A stretch of DNA of 64,000 nucleotides from Blastocatellia bacterium. GTDB taxonomy: Bacteria; Acidobacteriota; Blastocatellia; UBA7656. Below, one piece after another: positions 19,091 to 29,700 of the stretch (position 1 is its first letter; each line of letters opens with the position of its first letter). The translations under genes and the position numbers were made by a program. The DNA lies in NCBI GenBank assembly GCA_046565505.1, contig JBKHYJ010000042.1, forward strand, positions 67,770-131,769, given 5' to 3'. The notes below the pieces were generated by a model, which was not told the origin of the DNA, searched no databases, and saw only the letters and a list, made by a program, of their open reading frames with translations.

Positions 19091-19834
19091 TCAACCCTCA
19101 AATGAGAGGACCGCGCCGGGCGACTCCTTTGACGCGAAACGGACCGGCCCGACAGAGGCCCCGGCGTCGGAAAGCAGCCCGCGCAGTTCCGCCAGCGCGC
19201 GAGAGACCGAATCGACCTGCGCGGCGGCGACGCCCTCGCTGAAGAAAGCGGCGAAGTCTGTTTCGCGTTCGAGGCAAGTCTTTCTCGAATCGCGGTAGTT
19301 GAAGCCATAACAGATCACCTCCGCGCCGCAGGCGTAAACCACCACGCCCGGCGAAAGCGGCATGTCTTCAACTCGCCCCGAGAGGGGAACGAAGTGGTCG
19401 GACTCAGGTTTGGCAAACCGCACAACTACTTTTGGTTCGGGCAGCCGGGCCAAATCGTAGCCGCCCATCGCCGCGAGGTGCATGGCGGAAATGGCGCAGT
19501 AAGCGTCCACGACCGGCAGTGGGGTGGATATGACATCGCCTTTGAGCAGCCGCCGCGCGAGTTGCTCGGGGCTGCTCTTGTAGGTCGAAGGCTTCAGCCC
19601 CATGCCGCGGAAAGCGTCGCGCCAGGCGGCGACCCTCGGCTCGTCGGAGAGATTCTGGACGCAAAGCCCCAGGTCAATCAGCCCGGCCCGCGCGCGCCGC
19701 ATCAGGTCTGCCGGGCAGGCATTCAGCGCCTTCAACCCGCCGACCAGAAACCCTCCCACCGCGACCTCCGGGAACTTTTTGACCACGCCCTGCTCGACCT
19801 CAAGCTCAAGCGCAGGTTTCATATAGAGCATCAC
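19091..19834 (-). CDS. B3/4-domain protein (phenylalanyl-tRNA synthetase beta-subunit editing-domain homologue), stand-alone
   Basis: AAWRDAFRGMGLKPSTYKSSPEQLARRLLKG and PVVDAYCAISAMHLAAMGGYDLARL resemble the stand-alone B3/4 family (PF03483). Confidence 0.6.
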   Translation of the reverse strand: MMLYMKPALELEVEQGVVKKFPEVAVGGFLVGGLKALNACPADLMRRARAGLIDLGLCVQNLSDEPRVAAWRDAFRGMGLKPSTYKSSPEQLARRLLKGDVISTPLPVVDAYCAISAMHLAAMGGYDLARLPEPKVVVRFAKPESDHFVPLSGRVEDMPLSPGVVVYACGAEVICYGFNYRDSRKTCLERETDFAAFFSEGVAAAQVDSVSRALAELRGLLSDAGASVGPVRFASKESPGAVLSFEG

Positions 19835-19994
19835 TCAAAAACCGGATGATTCTATGAAAGATACTGGGGCAAACGAACCTGGGCAAGCCATAATTATTAC
19901 CACCGTCCGCGGCGCCGGAATGACGCGCGGCCGCGCAGGACGAGGGTGCGCCTCCCGCAGTCGGAAGCGCCCCCGCAGGCGGCCCGGCGTGTGG

Positions 19995-20963
19995 TCATAT
20001 CACCGCGCTGAACATCTTTTCTTCCGTGTCTTCCTCCTCGCCCCTCCAGGGCCTGTTCAGATTCTGCCGGCGCAAATTATGAAAGAATTCTCGGTAAAAC
20101 GCCCAGTAGGAGGATTCGAGGTTTTTGATCCGCGACGCGACGTGCCCGTGCAGCTCAGGGAACTTGTCGTTCGGCACGCCGGGCAGCCAGTGGTGCTCAA
20201 CGTGGTAGTTATTGCCATCCGTGAACCAGACGGCGAACTTTCCCGCCTTGATCGTGCGCGTGTTTTCCAGGACGTTAGTCGTGTGCGTCTTGCAGCCTAT
20301 GTGTTCCGGCAGTTCGATCAGGGCGTGTGTCGGCACCCCGATCAGGAACGGGACGAGCCACAGCTTCAGGAATATCGGCGTCTGGAACGCTATCGTGATG
20401 GCGGCCATCACGATGACAAAAACGGCCATCAACTGATACTCGAACCGAATCTTCTTGGCCGCCTTCAGCGTGGCTTCTTTTTCCCGGACGAGCTTCCCCG
20501 CCATAGATCTGATCATGTACCCGGCAACGTCGCGGTAGTGGCGCACCATCCATAGGTGCGGGATCAGCGCCCACAACGATGACAGCTTCTGATAGCTGTA
20601 ATTGAAGAACTCTTTATCTTCCGGCGTGCCGAGCAGCCTGTGATGTTTGAAGTGACTGTTCTGGTAATCTGAGAAGGACACGAATAGCGGCAGCCCCATC
20701 ATGACCCCCACCGCGCGGTTCCTCCCCTTCCCCTGGTAGGCCGTGTAATGAAGGCACTGATGCTGAAGCTCTACGGCATGCGCGTAAGCCAGGCCGAGCA
20801 AGATCGACGGCACCACCCAGAGCGGGCCCGGGGCCAGTAGCGTGAGGGCGATCAAGGCCGCCGTCGCCAACACCAGGACCAATACCTTTTGTTGAAATTT
20901 GTAACTTCTTACCTGCGCAAGCTCGTGCAGATTTATACCGACAATCTCTTGTCCGACTATCAT
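19995..20963 (-). CDS. membrane fatty-acid desaturase family protein
   Basis: Three His boxes (HQCLH, HFKHHRLLG, HVEHHWLPG). About 4 TM segments. Start set at the ATG with AAAGGAGG 9 nt upstream; the track start at 21074 is an upstream alternative. Confidence 0.85.
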   Translation of the reverse strand: MIVGQEIVGINLHELAQVRSYKFQQKVLVLVLATAALIALTLLAPGPLWVVPSILLGLAYAHAVELQHQCLHYTAYQGKGRNRAVGVMMGLPLFVSFSDYQNSHFKHHRLLGTPEDKEFFNYSYQKLSSLWALIPHLWMVRHYRDVAGYMIRSMAGKLVREKEATLKAAKKIRFEYQLMAVFVIVMAAITIAFQTPIFLKLWLVPFLIGVPTHALIELPEHIGCKTHTTNVLENTRTIKAGKFAVWFTDGNNYHVEHHWLPGVPNDKFPELHGHVASRIKNLESSYWAFYREFFHNLRRQNLNRPWRGEEEDTEEKMFSAVI

Positions 20964-21268
20964 AACTGCATTCCTCCTTTCTAATCCTCGGCTGTAATCA
21001 CTGAATTCCGTGAGTAAGTCCCGGGCAGCGGTGTGCCGCCGCGTCACGCGAGCATGCGGGCGCCCACTGCTCAAGATTGTTGGCCTGTTAGGTGGTTCGG
21101 ACGGATGGTCCCGGCTTTACTGTGACCGAAGAAAGCGGTCCGGCATTCAGGCGGCTCGGTCAAGCCGCCCGAAGCATCATGGCATGGACATGTAAGCTGG
21201 TTTCTCTACGCGGTTGTGGCGGCAAAGCAATCTTCGCCGCCCTGTTACTTTCACGGGGGCGCCGACCC

Positions 21269-23722
21269 CTACTCGGCGCGGAGCGCCGCCAGCGGGTTCA
21301 CCCTCATCGCCCTGCGGGCCGGGAGGTAGCTCGCCAGCAGCCCGACGCAGATCAGTAACACGGAGGTGAGGACGAAAGTAGGTATGTCGATAGCGTTGAC
21401 CCTGAAGAGCAGGCTCGCTATAAGGCTTGTCGACGCGGCCGCGCCGATCAGACCTACCACCACGCCCATGATTAGAAGAGTTAACGTTTGTCTAACGATC
21501 AGCCCCAGGACATGCGCCGGCTGTGCGCCGAGCGCCATGCGTATGCCTATCTCCTGCGTGCGCTGCGTGACGGCGTAAGAGATGACCGCGTAGATCCCCG
21601 TCGCCGCCAGCAGCAACGCGACGGCGGCGAAGGCCCCGACCAGTAGCAGGTTGAACCGCCTCGGCGCGATCGAGGCTGAGATCAACTGCTCCATCGTCCT
21701 ATGACTCGAAGCGGGGACCGTCGCGTCCACGCTGTGGACCTCCTGCCGCACCGCGCCCGCCATAGCCAGGGGTTCGGAATTGGTGCGCACCATAAGGCTC
21801 ATGGTGTTAATGAGCCAGCCGACGGCGTCGTCGGGAATCTGGTGGAACGGAACGTAGATGTCGGGCGATGGCTCTTCGTCCAGCCTGATGTGTTTCACAT
21901 TCCCCACTACCCCGACTACCTCCACGTCCCTCAACTCGGGGCCGTCGTCTATCATCAGGTGCGCCCCGATGGCGTTCTCCGAGGGCCAGTAGGTGTTGGC
22001 GAGCGCCTCGCTTATGACGGCGACGGGCTGCGAGCGCGGCGTGTCCTGTGTGCTGAAGTCACGGCCCCTTAAAATAGGGATCCCCATTGTTGTGAAGTAG
22101 TCCGGGCTCACCATGCGCGCCTGCGCGGATGGCCTCTCGGAGGCCGAAACGGGCGGCCGCCCGACGACGACGTAATCCACGCGGGCGATCAACCCGCTGA
22201 GCGGGAGGATCGAGGCCGCGCCGACCGACTTGACGCCGGGCAGGCTCTGTATGCGCGGCGCGATCTTGTCATAAAAATTCACGACCGAGGCGCGGTCTGA
22301 ATACCTCGTCTTGGGCAAAGACAGGCTGACGACCAGCAGGTTCTCGGCGTTAAAGCCGGGGTCGACTTGCTGGAGCCGCGTGAAGCTCTTCACGAATAAC
22401 CCGGCGCTGATCAGAAGCATCAGCGAAAGGCCCACCTCGGAGATAACCAGGAAGCCGCGGGTGCGACTGCGGCCGTTGCCCCCCGTCGTCCCGCGCGAGC
22501 CCGCCTTGAGGTCTTCGCTCAAGTTGGCCTTCGACCCGACGAGCGCGGGCGCCAGCCCGAAGATAATGCCTACTAGGACTGAAAGCCCCAGCGTGAACCC
22601 GAGCACACGCCAGTCAGTGTCCACCTCGCTTGCGCGCGGGAGGTCCGCGGGCGTGAGCGACATCAACAGGCCGCGGCCCAGATGCGCAAGGAATAGCCCG
22701 AGCATGCCCCCCAACACCGCGAGCAGCACGCTCTCTGTGAGCAGTTGCCGGATCAGGCGGCCCCTGGAAGCTCCCAGCGCCATTCGTATGGCGATCTCTT
22801 TAGTGCGCGCGGAGGACCGGGCGAGCAGCAGGTTCCCTATATTCGCGCAGGCGATGAGCAACACCAGGCCGACTGCGCCCATTATCATCAGCAACGCCGA
22901 CTGGTAGTCGCCCACGATGTGGTCGCGCAGGGACACGAGCGTGACGGAGGTCTTTCGCGCGTTGGTCTTGGGGTACTGCTCTTGCAGATTACGCGCGATT
23001 GAAGTCAAGTCGGCCTGCGCCTGCTGCTGCGTGACGCCGGGCTTCAGGCGTGCAATCGCCCTGAGGAAGTTGGAGTCGCGCTCGGTGCGCCTGGGGTCTA
23101 CTTCCAGCCTTATGGGTATCGCCAGCTCGGCCCTGGTCCCAGGAAAAACAAAATTAGGAGGCAGGACGCCGACGACGGTGTAGCTCTCGTCATTCAGGGT
23201 GAGGGTCCGGCCGACCAGGCCGGGGTCGCCCCCGAAACGTCGCTTCCACAGGCCGTGCGTCACGACCACGACCGGCGCGCTTCCGGCGTTGTCGTCTTCG
23301 GGTATCAAGGCGCGGCCCGCCACTGCCTCGACGCCCAGCATCCGAAAGACGTTGGCGGAGATTCTTAGCCCCTGTATGCGCTCCGAGTCCCCGCCGCCCG
23401 TGAGGTTGGCGCTCCAGTCGGAGAAGGCAGACATGTGTTCGAGGGTCTGGTTTTGATCCCTCTCATCCAAGAAGTCCGGCACTGAGAATGGCGCCTTGTC
23501 ACGGTCCGTCCGCGTGGACCATACCCACACCAGGCGCTCGGAATCCTTGAAGGGTAACTGGCGGAGCACGATGCTATTGACCATGCTGAAGATGGCCGTG
23601 TTAGCCCCTATGCTAAGGCCCAGGCCTATAAGCGCCGCCACGGTGAACCCGGGCCGCCTGCCCAGCATGCGAAAGCTGAAGCGAACATCCCTCAGAAAAG
23701 TCTCCATTGAATCGCCCTCCAC
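21269..23722 (-). CDS. MacB-like FtsX-domain permease with duplicated permease modules and no ATPase (ADOP family)
   Basis: 817 aa. N-terminal TM + large periplasmic domain + FtsX 4-TM unit, repeated twice. Typical ADOP N-terminus (FLRDVRFSFRMLGRRPGFT). Confidence 0.85.
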   Translation of the reverse strand: MEGDSMETFLRDVRFSFRMLGRRPGFTVAALIGLGLSIGANTAIFSMVNSIVLRQLPFKDSERLVWVWSTRTDRDKAPFSVPDFLDERDQNQTLEHMSAFSDWSANLTGGGDSERIQGLRISANVFRMLGVEAVAGRALIPEDDNAGSAPVVVVTHGLWKRRFGGDPGLVGRTLTLNDESYTVVGVLPPNFVFPGTRAELAIPIRLEVDPRRTERDSNFLRAIARLKPGVTQQQAQADLTSIARNLQEQYPKTNARKTSVTLVSLRDHIVGDYQSALLMIMGAVGLVLLIACANIGNLLLARSSARTKEIAIRMALGASRGRLIRQLLTESVLLAVLGGMLGLFLAHLGRGLLMSLTPADLPRASEVDTDWRVLGFTLGLSVLVGIIFGLAPALVGSKANLSEDLKAGSRGTTGGNGRSRTRGFLVISEVGLSLMLLISAGLFVKSFTRLQQVDPGFNAENLLVVSLSLPKTRYSDRASVVNFYDKIAPRIQSLPGVKSVGAASILPLSGLIARVDYVVVGRPPVSASERPSAQARMVSPDYFTTMGIPILRGRDFSTQDTPRSQPVAVISEALANTYWPSENAIGAHLMIDDGPELRDVEVVGVVGNVKHIRLDEEPSPDIYVPFHQIPDDAVGWLINTMSLMVRTNSEPLAMAGAVRQEVHSVDATVPASSHRTMEQLISASIAPRRFNLLLVGAFAAVALLLAATGIYAVISYAVTQRTQEIGIRMALGAQPAHVLGLIVRQTLTLLIMGVVVGLIGAAASTSLIASLLFRVNAIDIPTFVLTSVLLICVGLLASYLPARRAMRVNPLAALRAE

Positions 23723-24081
23723 CCGAAGCTCTTTACAGACGATTTAGGTCAGCTATGATACTCGTCAAAGCCTTTCAGCAAAGCAGCAGGCATGATTCGC
23801 CCGCTAGAAATCTCATGGCTAACTCATCACCTGGCTAAACGCCCGCTCACTTTCCGCCGACGAGCGGCCCGACATCCGGCGGCAATTGCCGGGGGCGGCA
23901 TCGTCCGTAAATCGGGGAGTGAGTTTTGGTGTGAAAATCGTTACGAAGTCGGGCCAAATATAGCACCGGGACTAGGATTCGACAAGAGTTCACGCCGGCC
24001 GCCTCGCGCCGGGCGAGCGCCCCCGGGCGGGCAAAATGGCCCGCCGCGCCTAAGTATCAGAGGCCGAATCAACCCCCTCCG

Positions 24082-24900
24082 CTAGGGCTTTTCGCCGCAT
24101 GCCATAAGCAGCAGCCTGATGACAAACCTGTCCTCGGAGGCGAGGAGTTTGTCGGAGGCCGCGCGGAGGGTTTCGTACTCTTCTTCTGTTATTACGCCCG
24201 CATCAACGAGGGGCAACGCGCGTTGGGGGTTGATCTGCGGGTAAAACCCTTCGATGCCTTTGTCGCCGCTGTGCGTCGCCACGATTTCGAGGTCTATGTT
24301 TTTAAACCCGGCTTTGCTCAGTATCCGCCAGAGCTCGCGGCCTATCATCGTATTCCCGCCGAGCGAGGTCTGGTACTGCCTGAGCTTCTCGCGGACGGGC
24401 TGGATCTCGGGGAAATAAGGGTCGGTCATGAGGTTGAAGGCGAAGTCGCCTTCGGTCAGCACAAGCCTGCCGCCCGGCTTGAGCAGGCGTTTGATCTCAT
24501 TTAACGCCTCGACGCGGTCGGGTATGTGCTCGAAGACGAGCCGGCCGAAAGCGAAATCGAAGCTCTCGTCCGGGAGGTCCGTCTTATTTATTGACGCTTC
24601 GACGAAGCGGTACTTGCACTGCGCCGCCCGCTCTAAATGCTGCTCGGCGTATTTAATCATGACCGGGTCAAGCTCGACGCAGGTGATCGAGCCGTTCGGG
24701 ATCAGCTTGGAAACCCATTCCGTGACGAATCCCGGCCCGCTCCCCACCTCCAGGACGGACATGCCATCCCGCAGGCCGAACGCCAACAGGTTGCGCCCTT
24801 CTTTCTCCACGTTCAGGTTAGCCTGGTAGTAAAGGCGCTCGATCTCCGCGTCCAGGCTGACATTCGCCGTGCTAACGTCGTACACTTTCGGTTGAGCCAT
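24082..24900 (-). CDS. class I SAM-dependent methyltransferase (paralogue 2)
   Basis: LEVGSGPGFVTEWV motif I. Roughly 55-60% identical across its length to the 13958-14806 product. Confidence 0.85.
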   Translation of the reverse strand: MAQPKVYDVSTANVSLDAEIERLYYQANLNVEKEGRNLLAFGLRDGMSVLEVGSGPGFVTEWVSKLIPNGSITCVELDPVMIKYAEQHLERAAQCKYRFVEASINKTDLPDESFDFAFGRLVFEHIPDRVEALNEIKRLLKPGGRLVLTEGDFAFNLMTDPYFPEIQPVREKLRQYQTSLGGNTMIGRELWRILSKAGFKNIDLEIVATHSGDKGIEGFYPQINPQRALPLVDAGVITEEEYETLRAASDKLLASEDRFVIRLLLMACGEKP

Positions 24901-24994
24901 GAGGTCCTCCTTCGTGATTTGTACTCAGTCATTCAAGACACATATTTCTCTCAGGGGCCGCCCCGAGAAATCGCCCGGCAAAATTACCGATTGG

Positions 24995-26308
24995 CTAAAG
25001 AGCCTCGGACTCGGACTCGGCCGCCGCCGGCCCGCTTGTGAATGGCTCATCAGGCTTGCGGACGTTCGCCGAGGTGAATAGCCCCGCCGTGGCGAGCAGA
25101 ATGCACATCAGGCCCGTGGCGACCAGCACCGCCGACGCGCCGGCCCGCTCGGCGACCATAGAGGCGGCCGCCGTGCCGAGCGGGCCTATCACCGTGAGTA
25201 TCATCCAGAAGGCGGAAGTTACGCGCCCGAGCAGGCGGTCCGGCGTGACCTGCTGGCGCAAAGACATAGAGCTGACGTTCCTCACAGTGATGCCGAAGCT
25301 GTAGCACGCAGAGAGCGCCGCCAGGGCCGCCACGTTAGGCGCGAGGCCGATTGCGGCGATGGCCGCGCCCATCAAAATATTGCTGCCCAGAAAAGACCAG
25401 CCGAACCCTTTCCTGCGGCGCAGCGCCGGCGCGAGTACGCCCGCCAGTATCGCACCTACGCTGGCGATGCCGAAGATGATCCCGACCGTGTCGTCGTTTC
25501 GGCCCATGTCATGCTTCAGGCGGAATATGACCAGATTCATCGTCGCGCCTGAGATGAAAGAAAAGATGGCGAGCAGCACCGTGACCGACCTCAGCACGCG
25601 GTGGGTGAACACGAAGCGGACCCCTGCGAGGATGTTATCTATCTTCGAGCGGCCCGAATCGGTGGATTGCTCCGCGGGCTCGGGGTCGGCCTTGCGCAGC
25701 CTGACCATCAGCATAAAAATCGCGGAGGCCCCATACGACAGTGCGACCGTTATGACCGCATTGGTGGCGCTGAAGTGTCTGGAGGCAAGGCCGGCCAGCA
25801 TGGGGCCCGCCACGTAGGCGACGGCGACCGTGGCCTGCAACCGGCCATTGGCCTCGGTTATCTGTTCTTTATTGACCACGCCGGGTATTACCGACGTGTA
25901 CGCGATGAAGAAAAATGTCGTCAGGTAAGCGGTTATGGTCGCGACGACGTAAATGGCCATCAGGCTCGGGCCGAGCAGCCACCAGATGAGCGGTATGGCG
26001 AGGTAAAATAACATCCTGCCCAGGTCCGAGAGAATCATTACCTTTCGCCGATCCACCCTGTCTACCACGACCCCGCTTACCATGCTCGAAATCAGGTTGC
26101 CCGCGCCGATGGCCGCCGTGACCAGCCCCATCTGCGCAACCGACCCCGTCGCCTCAAGCACCAGCAACGGGATCACGATCAGGGCGGCCGAATCGCCGAG
26201 GGCGTCAAAGGTCTGCCCCACCCAGAAGGTGTTGAAATTACGGTCGCGCCACAGCCCGCGGCCGGGCGAAGCAGCGGCCGCCACGCCGAGCGGTGTTGTA
26301 TTACTCAT
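24995..26308 (-). CDS. MFS transporter (EntS-like / DHA-type exporter)
   Basis: 12 predicted TM helices, MFS motif region G..VDR.DRRKVM. Start overlaps the upstream carrier-protein gene by 8 nt. Confidence 0.85.
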   Translation of the reverse strand: MSNTTPLGVAAAASPGRGLWRDRNFNTFWVGQTFDALGDSAALIVIPLLVLEATGSVAQMGLVTAAIGAGNLISSMVSGVVVDRVDRRKVMILSDLGRMLFYLAIPLIWWLLGPSLMAIYVVATITAYLTTFFFIAYTSVIPGVVNKEQITEANGRLQATVAVAYVAGPMLAGLASRHFSATNAVITVALSYGASAIFMLMVRLRKADPEPAEQSTDSGRSKIDNILAGVRFVFTHRVLRSVTVLLAIFSFISGATMNLVIFRLKHDMGRNDDTVGIIFGIASVGAILAGVLAPALRRRKGFGWSFLGSNILMGAAIAAIGLAPNVAALAALSACYSFGITVRNVSSMSLRQQVTPDRLLGRVTSAFWMILTVIGPLGTAAASMVAERAGASAVLVATGLMCILLATAGLFTSANVRKPDEPFTSGPAAAESESEAL

Positions 26309-26558
26309 GCCGGGTCCGGTTTAATATATTGTCTCGGACGAGTCGAGGCGTGCGGAACGAGTTGACGGACTGCGCATTCAGATTGATCGCATGACCGCTG
26401 ACCCTTTCCAGAAGGTGGATGAACTCGATAAAGCCTAACGAGTCGATTACCCTTCCTTCTATGAGGTCAGTGTCGGGGCCGATTTCTTTCAGCTCGCGCT
26501 TTCTAGCCATGAGCCACCGCTTAACCGTCAGGATCGGGGCTGACTTGGTTGCGCTCAT
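26301..26558 (-). CDS. stand-alone peptidyl/acyl carrier protein
   Basis: 85 aa. Phosphopantetheine attachment motif GRVIDSLGFIEFI. AAGGAGG RBS 8 nt upstream of ATG. Confidence 0.75.
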   Translation of the reverse strand: MSATKSAPILTVKRWLMARKRELKEIGPDTDLIEGRVIDSLGFIEFIHLLERVSGHAINLNAQSVNSFRTPRLVRDNILNRTRHE

Positions 26559-26739
26559 CGTATCAGCCTCCTTACTTAAACATCAGGCGATGATTTCCGG
26601 CGGCACATCGGCTGCCTCCTATGAGTCAAACGCGGACGCGCCCGGCCGCTTCAGCCTGCCGGGCCTGCGCCGCTTCGCGGTACCCGGGTTGAAAGCTACG
26701 TTTGAATGGCTCGTCGCGCCGCGCGGACCGGCATGCCCT

Positions 26740-29700
26740 CTAGTCCGCCCCGAGTTTCTCGCCCGGAGATTCCTCCGCGAACGCCTCCACGTCGTCACCT
26801 GTAAGCTCTTGCATCTCCGACAGCACCTCTGCCATCAGGTTCATTTCCGCCTCATCCAGGTTTTGCTGGCCTTGTTCGATTGCGGCGGCGAGCCGGGCGA
26901 CGGTGGGCGACTCAAAGATAGTTCGCAAAGGAAGCTCTATGGGCAGGGCCTGTTGAATCTTCGATATGAGCTGAGTCGCCAGTATGGATTGGCCGCCCAT
27001 CTCGAAGAAGTCGTCATGTACACCCACGCGCTCGACGCCGAGCACGTCGGCCCACACGCCCGCCAGAAGCTCCTCAAGCGGGGAGCGCGGCGAGGCGAAA
27101 GGCGTTTGCGACCGCAGTTGCGATTGGTCGGGCGCGGGCAGCGCCTTACGATCAATCTTGCCGTTGGGGGTCAGCGGCATCTGCTCCAGAGCCACGAACG
27201 CCGAAGGGATCATGAAATCCGGCAGCCTCTCTTTCAAGGAGCCGCGTAGCTGGTCTGCCGAAAGAGTCTCCCCGGCCTCCGCGACGACGTATGCCACCAG
27301 ACGCTTGTCGCCCGGCCTATCTTCTCTGTCCACGACCACGGCTTCCCTGACGGAGGCGTTCCGCCTTATCGCCTCCTCGATCTCGCCAAGCTCTATGCGG
27401 AACCCGCGTATCTTGACCTGATGATCTATGCGCCCGAGGAACTCGATATTGCCATCGGGCAGGTAGCGCGCGAGGTCCCCCGTGTCGTAGAGTCGCGCCC
27501 CGGGCTCTTCGGAAAATGGGTTGGGGATGAACTTCTCTGCCGTCAGGTCCGGCCGCTTCAGGTAGCCGCGCGCTAGGCCCTCGCCGCCTATGTGTAACAC
27601 GCCAGGTATCCCGACCGGGGCCGGGCCGAGGTAGCCGTCCAGTATATAAATGTTTGTGTTCGCGACCGGCCGGCCGATAGGCACCAGCCCCGCCTCGCTA
27701 CGCCCGCCGCATTCCCAGTAAGTCACGTCCACGGAGGCTTCAGTCGGGCCATACAGGTTGTGCAATTCCGCGCTCATCAGATCGAAGAATCTCTGCTGTA
27801 GCTCGTAGGGCAACGCCTCCCCGCTGCATACGACTCGCTTCAGCCTGTAGCAAGCTTCCAGCCCATCACCCGCGAGGAAAAGCTGTAGCATCGAGGGCAC
27901 AAAATGAATCGTGGTTATCTTCTGCCTTGCTATCTCCTCGATCAGGTATTGCCTGTCTTGATGCCCCTCGGGCAGGGCCATTACCACGCACGCCCCGGTA
28001 ATCAGCGGCCAGAAGAACTCCCAGACGGACACGTCGAAGCTGAAAGGCGTCTTCTGCAATACCCTGTCGTCGCCCGTCATCTGATACGCCTCCTGCATCC
28101 ACAGCAGCCGATTACAGATTCCTCGATGAGGGATCATCACGCCTTTGGGCTTGCCCGTAGACCCGGAGGTGTAGATCACGTACGCCAGGCTCTCGCCCGA
28201 AGCCTCGTTGACAAGGTTTGCCTCGGACTCCCGCGATATGACATCCCAATCAGAATCAAGGCGGACGGTCTTCCCCATGTGCTCCGGCAACCGTCCCGCC
28301 AATCCGCCCTGAGTGAGCAGCACGGGCGGGCGGGCGTCGTCGAGCATGAACGTTAAGCGTTCTTTCGGGTAGGCCGGGTCTAAAGGCACATAAGCCCCGC
28401 CCGCCTTGAGAATGCCGAGCAGACCTACCACCATTTCCAACGACCGCTCGGCGCATACGCCCACGGGCACGTCCGGGCCGACCCCCCGCCGCCGCAGGAA
28501 ATGGGCCATTTGATTCGCCCGCCGGTTCAGCTCCGCATAACTGAGCCGCCGGTCGTCAAAGATGACCGCGTCGGCGAGCGGCGTGCGCTCGGCCTGCGCC
28601 TCGACCATCTCATGCAGGCACACGCCGCGCGGGTAGTCTCTCTTCGTTTGATTGAATTCGACAAGGACCTGGTGCTGTTCCTCCTCCGACAGCATGCGCA
28701 GGCCGCGCACGGGTCGGCTCCAGTCTTCTGTCGCGGAATCGAGTATCGCCAGAAAATGCCTCGCGGCATCCGCGCTCTGCCCTTCGCCGAACGCGCCGCA
28801 GTTGAAGTCAAAATCTAATACGAAATCTCCGCTCCCCTTGAAGTCGCTGACCTGTAGGGTCAAAGTGTCGTTGGAATGCCCCGAATGGACCAGGTCGAAT
28901 TCTACATGCAGCCCGCACAATTCCGTGAGCGACGCGCTTTGATAATTGAAGTAGACGTTGTAGACCCTGTTGTCGCGGGAGTTGCGGACAGGGTACATCT
29001 GGTTTCTCGACGATTCGAGCATCTCGACCTGCACGCGCCTGGCGAGCGAGTCGAAGTTGTCTCCCCCCGAGACGGAGACTTCGAGCGGGCAAACGTTTAT
29101 GAACAGCCCGGGCGTCTGCCTGAAAGCGTCCGGCCGGTTGGCGAACGGCGAGCCTATCCTCAGCCGCCGCTCCCCGGAGACGCGGTGCTGGTAGGCGAAT
29201 AACGTCGCGGCGAATACGACGGCCGGCGAGAATAACCCTTCGCGGCCCGCGACCTGCTTGACCCTCCGGCTGCGCTCCGCCCCGAGGTTGATTGATACCC
29301 TGCGGGTGCGGGTGGTCTTCGCGGAGGAATCTCTCTTATAAAACTGAAACAGATTGGGCGCCGTGGCGAGCTTCTTCCTCCAATAGAGTTCGGCCTGGCC
29401 GTATTGGGGCGAACGGCGGAATTCCCTCTCGTATTCTATGTAGGCCGCGTATGGGGGGAGCGGACGCGCCTCACCGATTCTGCCTTCGAGCGAGAGATGG
29501 TAATACTCGGACACCGACCGTAAGATCACGGCCACCGACCACAGGTCCGCTATCATGTGACTCAGGCTCAAGAACCACACGAACCGATCTTGCGAGAGCT
29601 TGAAGAGGGCCGAGTCGAACAGCCTCTCCCCCAGATCGAGCGGCTCGGCGCACAGCCGCCTGAGCGCCTCCCCGCATTCGGCGCGCGGGTCTTCGCCCCC

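Noticed and set aside
26419-27249. 276-aa plus-strand ORF, plus many similar 60-250-aa ORFs antisense to the NRPS genes (for example 15833-16438, 18131-19030, 31495-32232, 34747-35382, 36799-37440)
   Set aside because: They lie entirely inside and antisense to a 14-kb ORF with unambiguous NRPS motifs. Their translations are Arg/Pro/Gly-rich with low complexity, which is typical of spurious reverse-frame ORFs in ~65% GC DNA.
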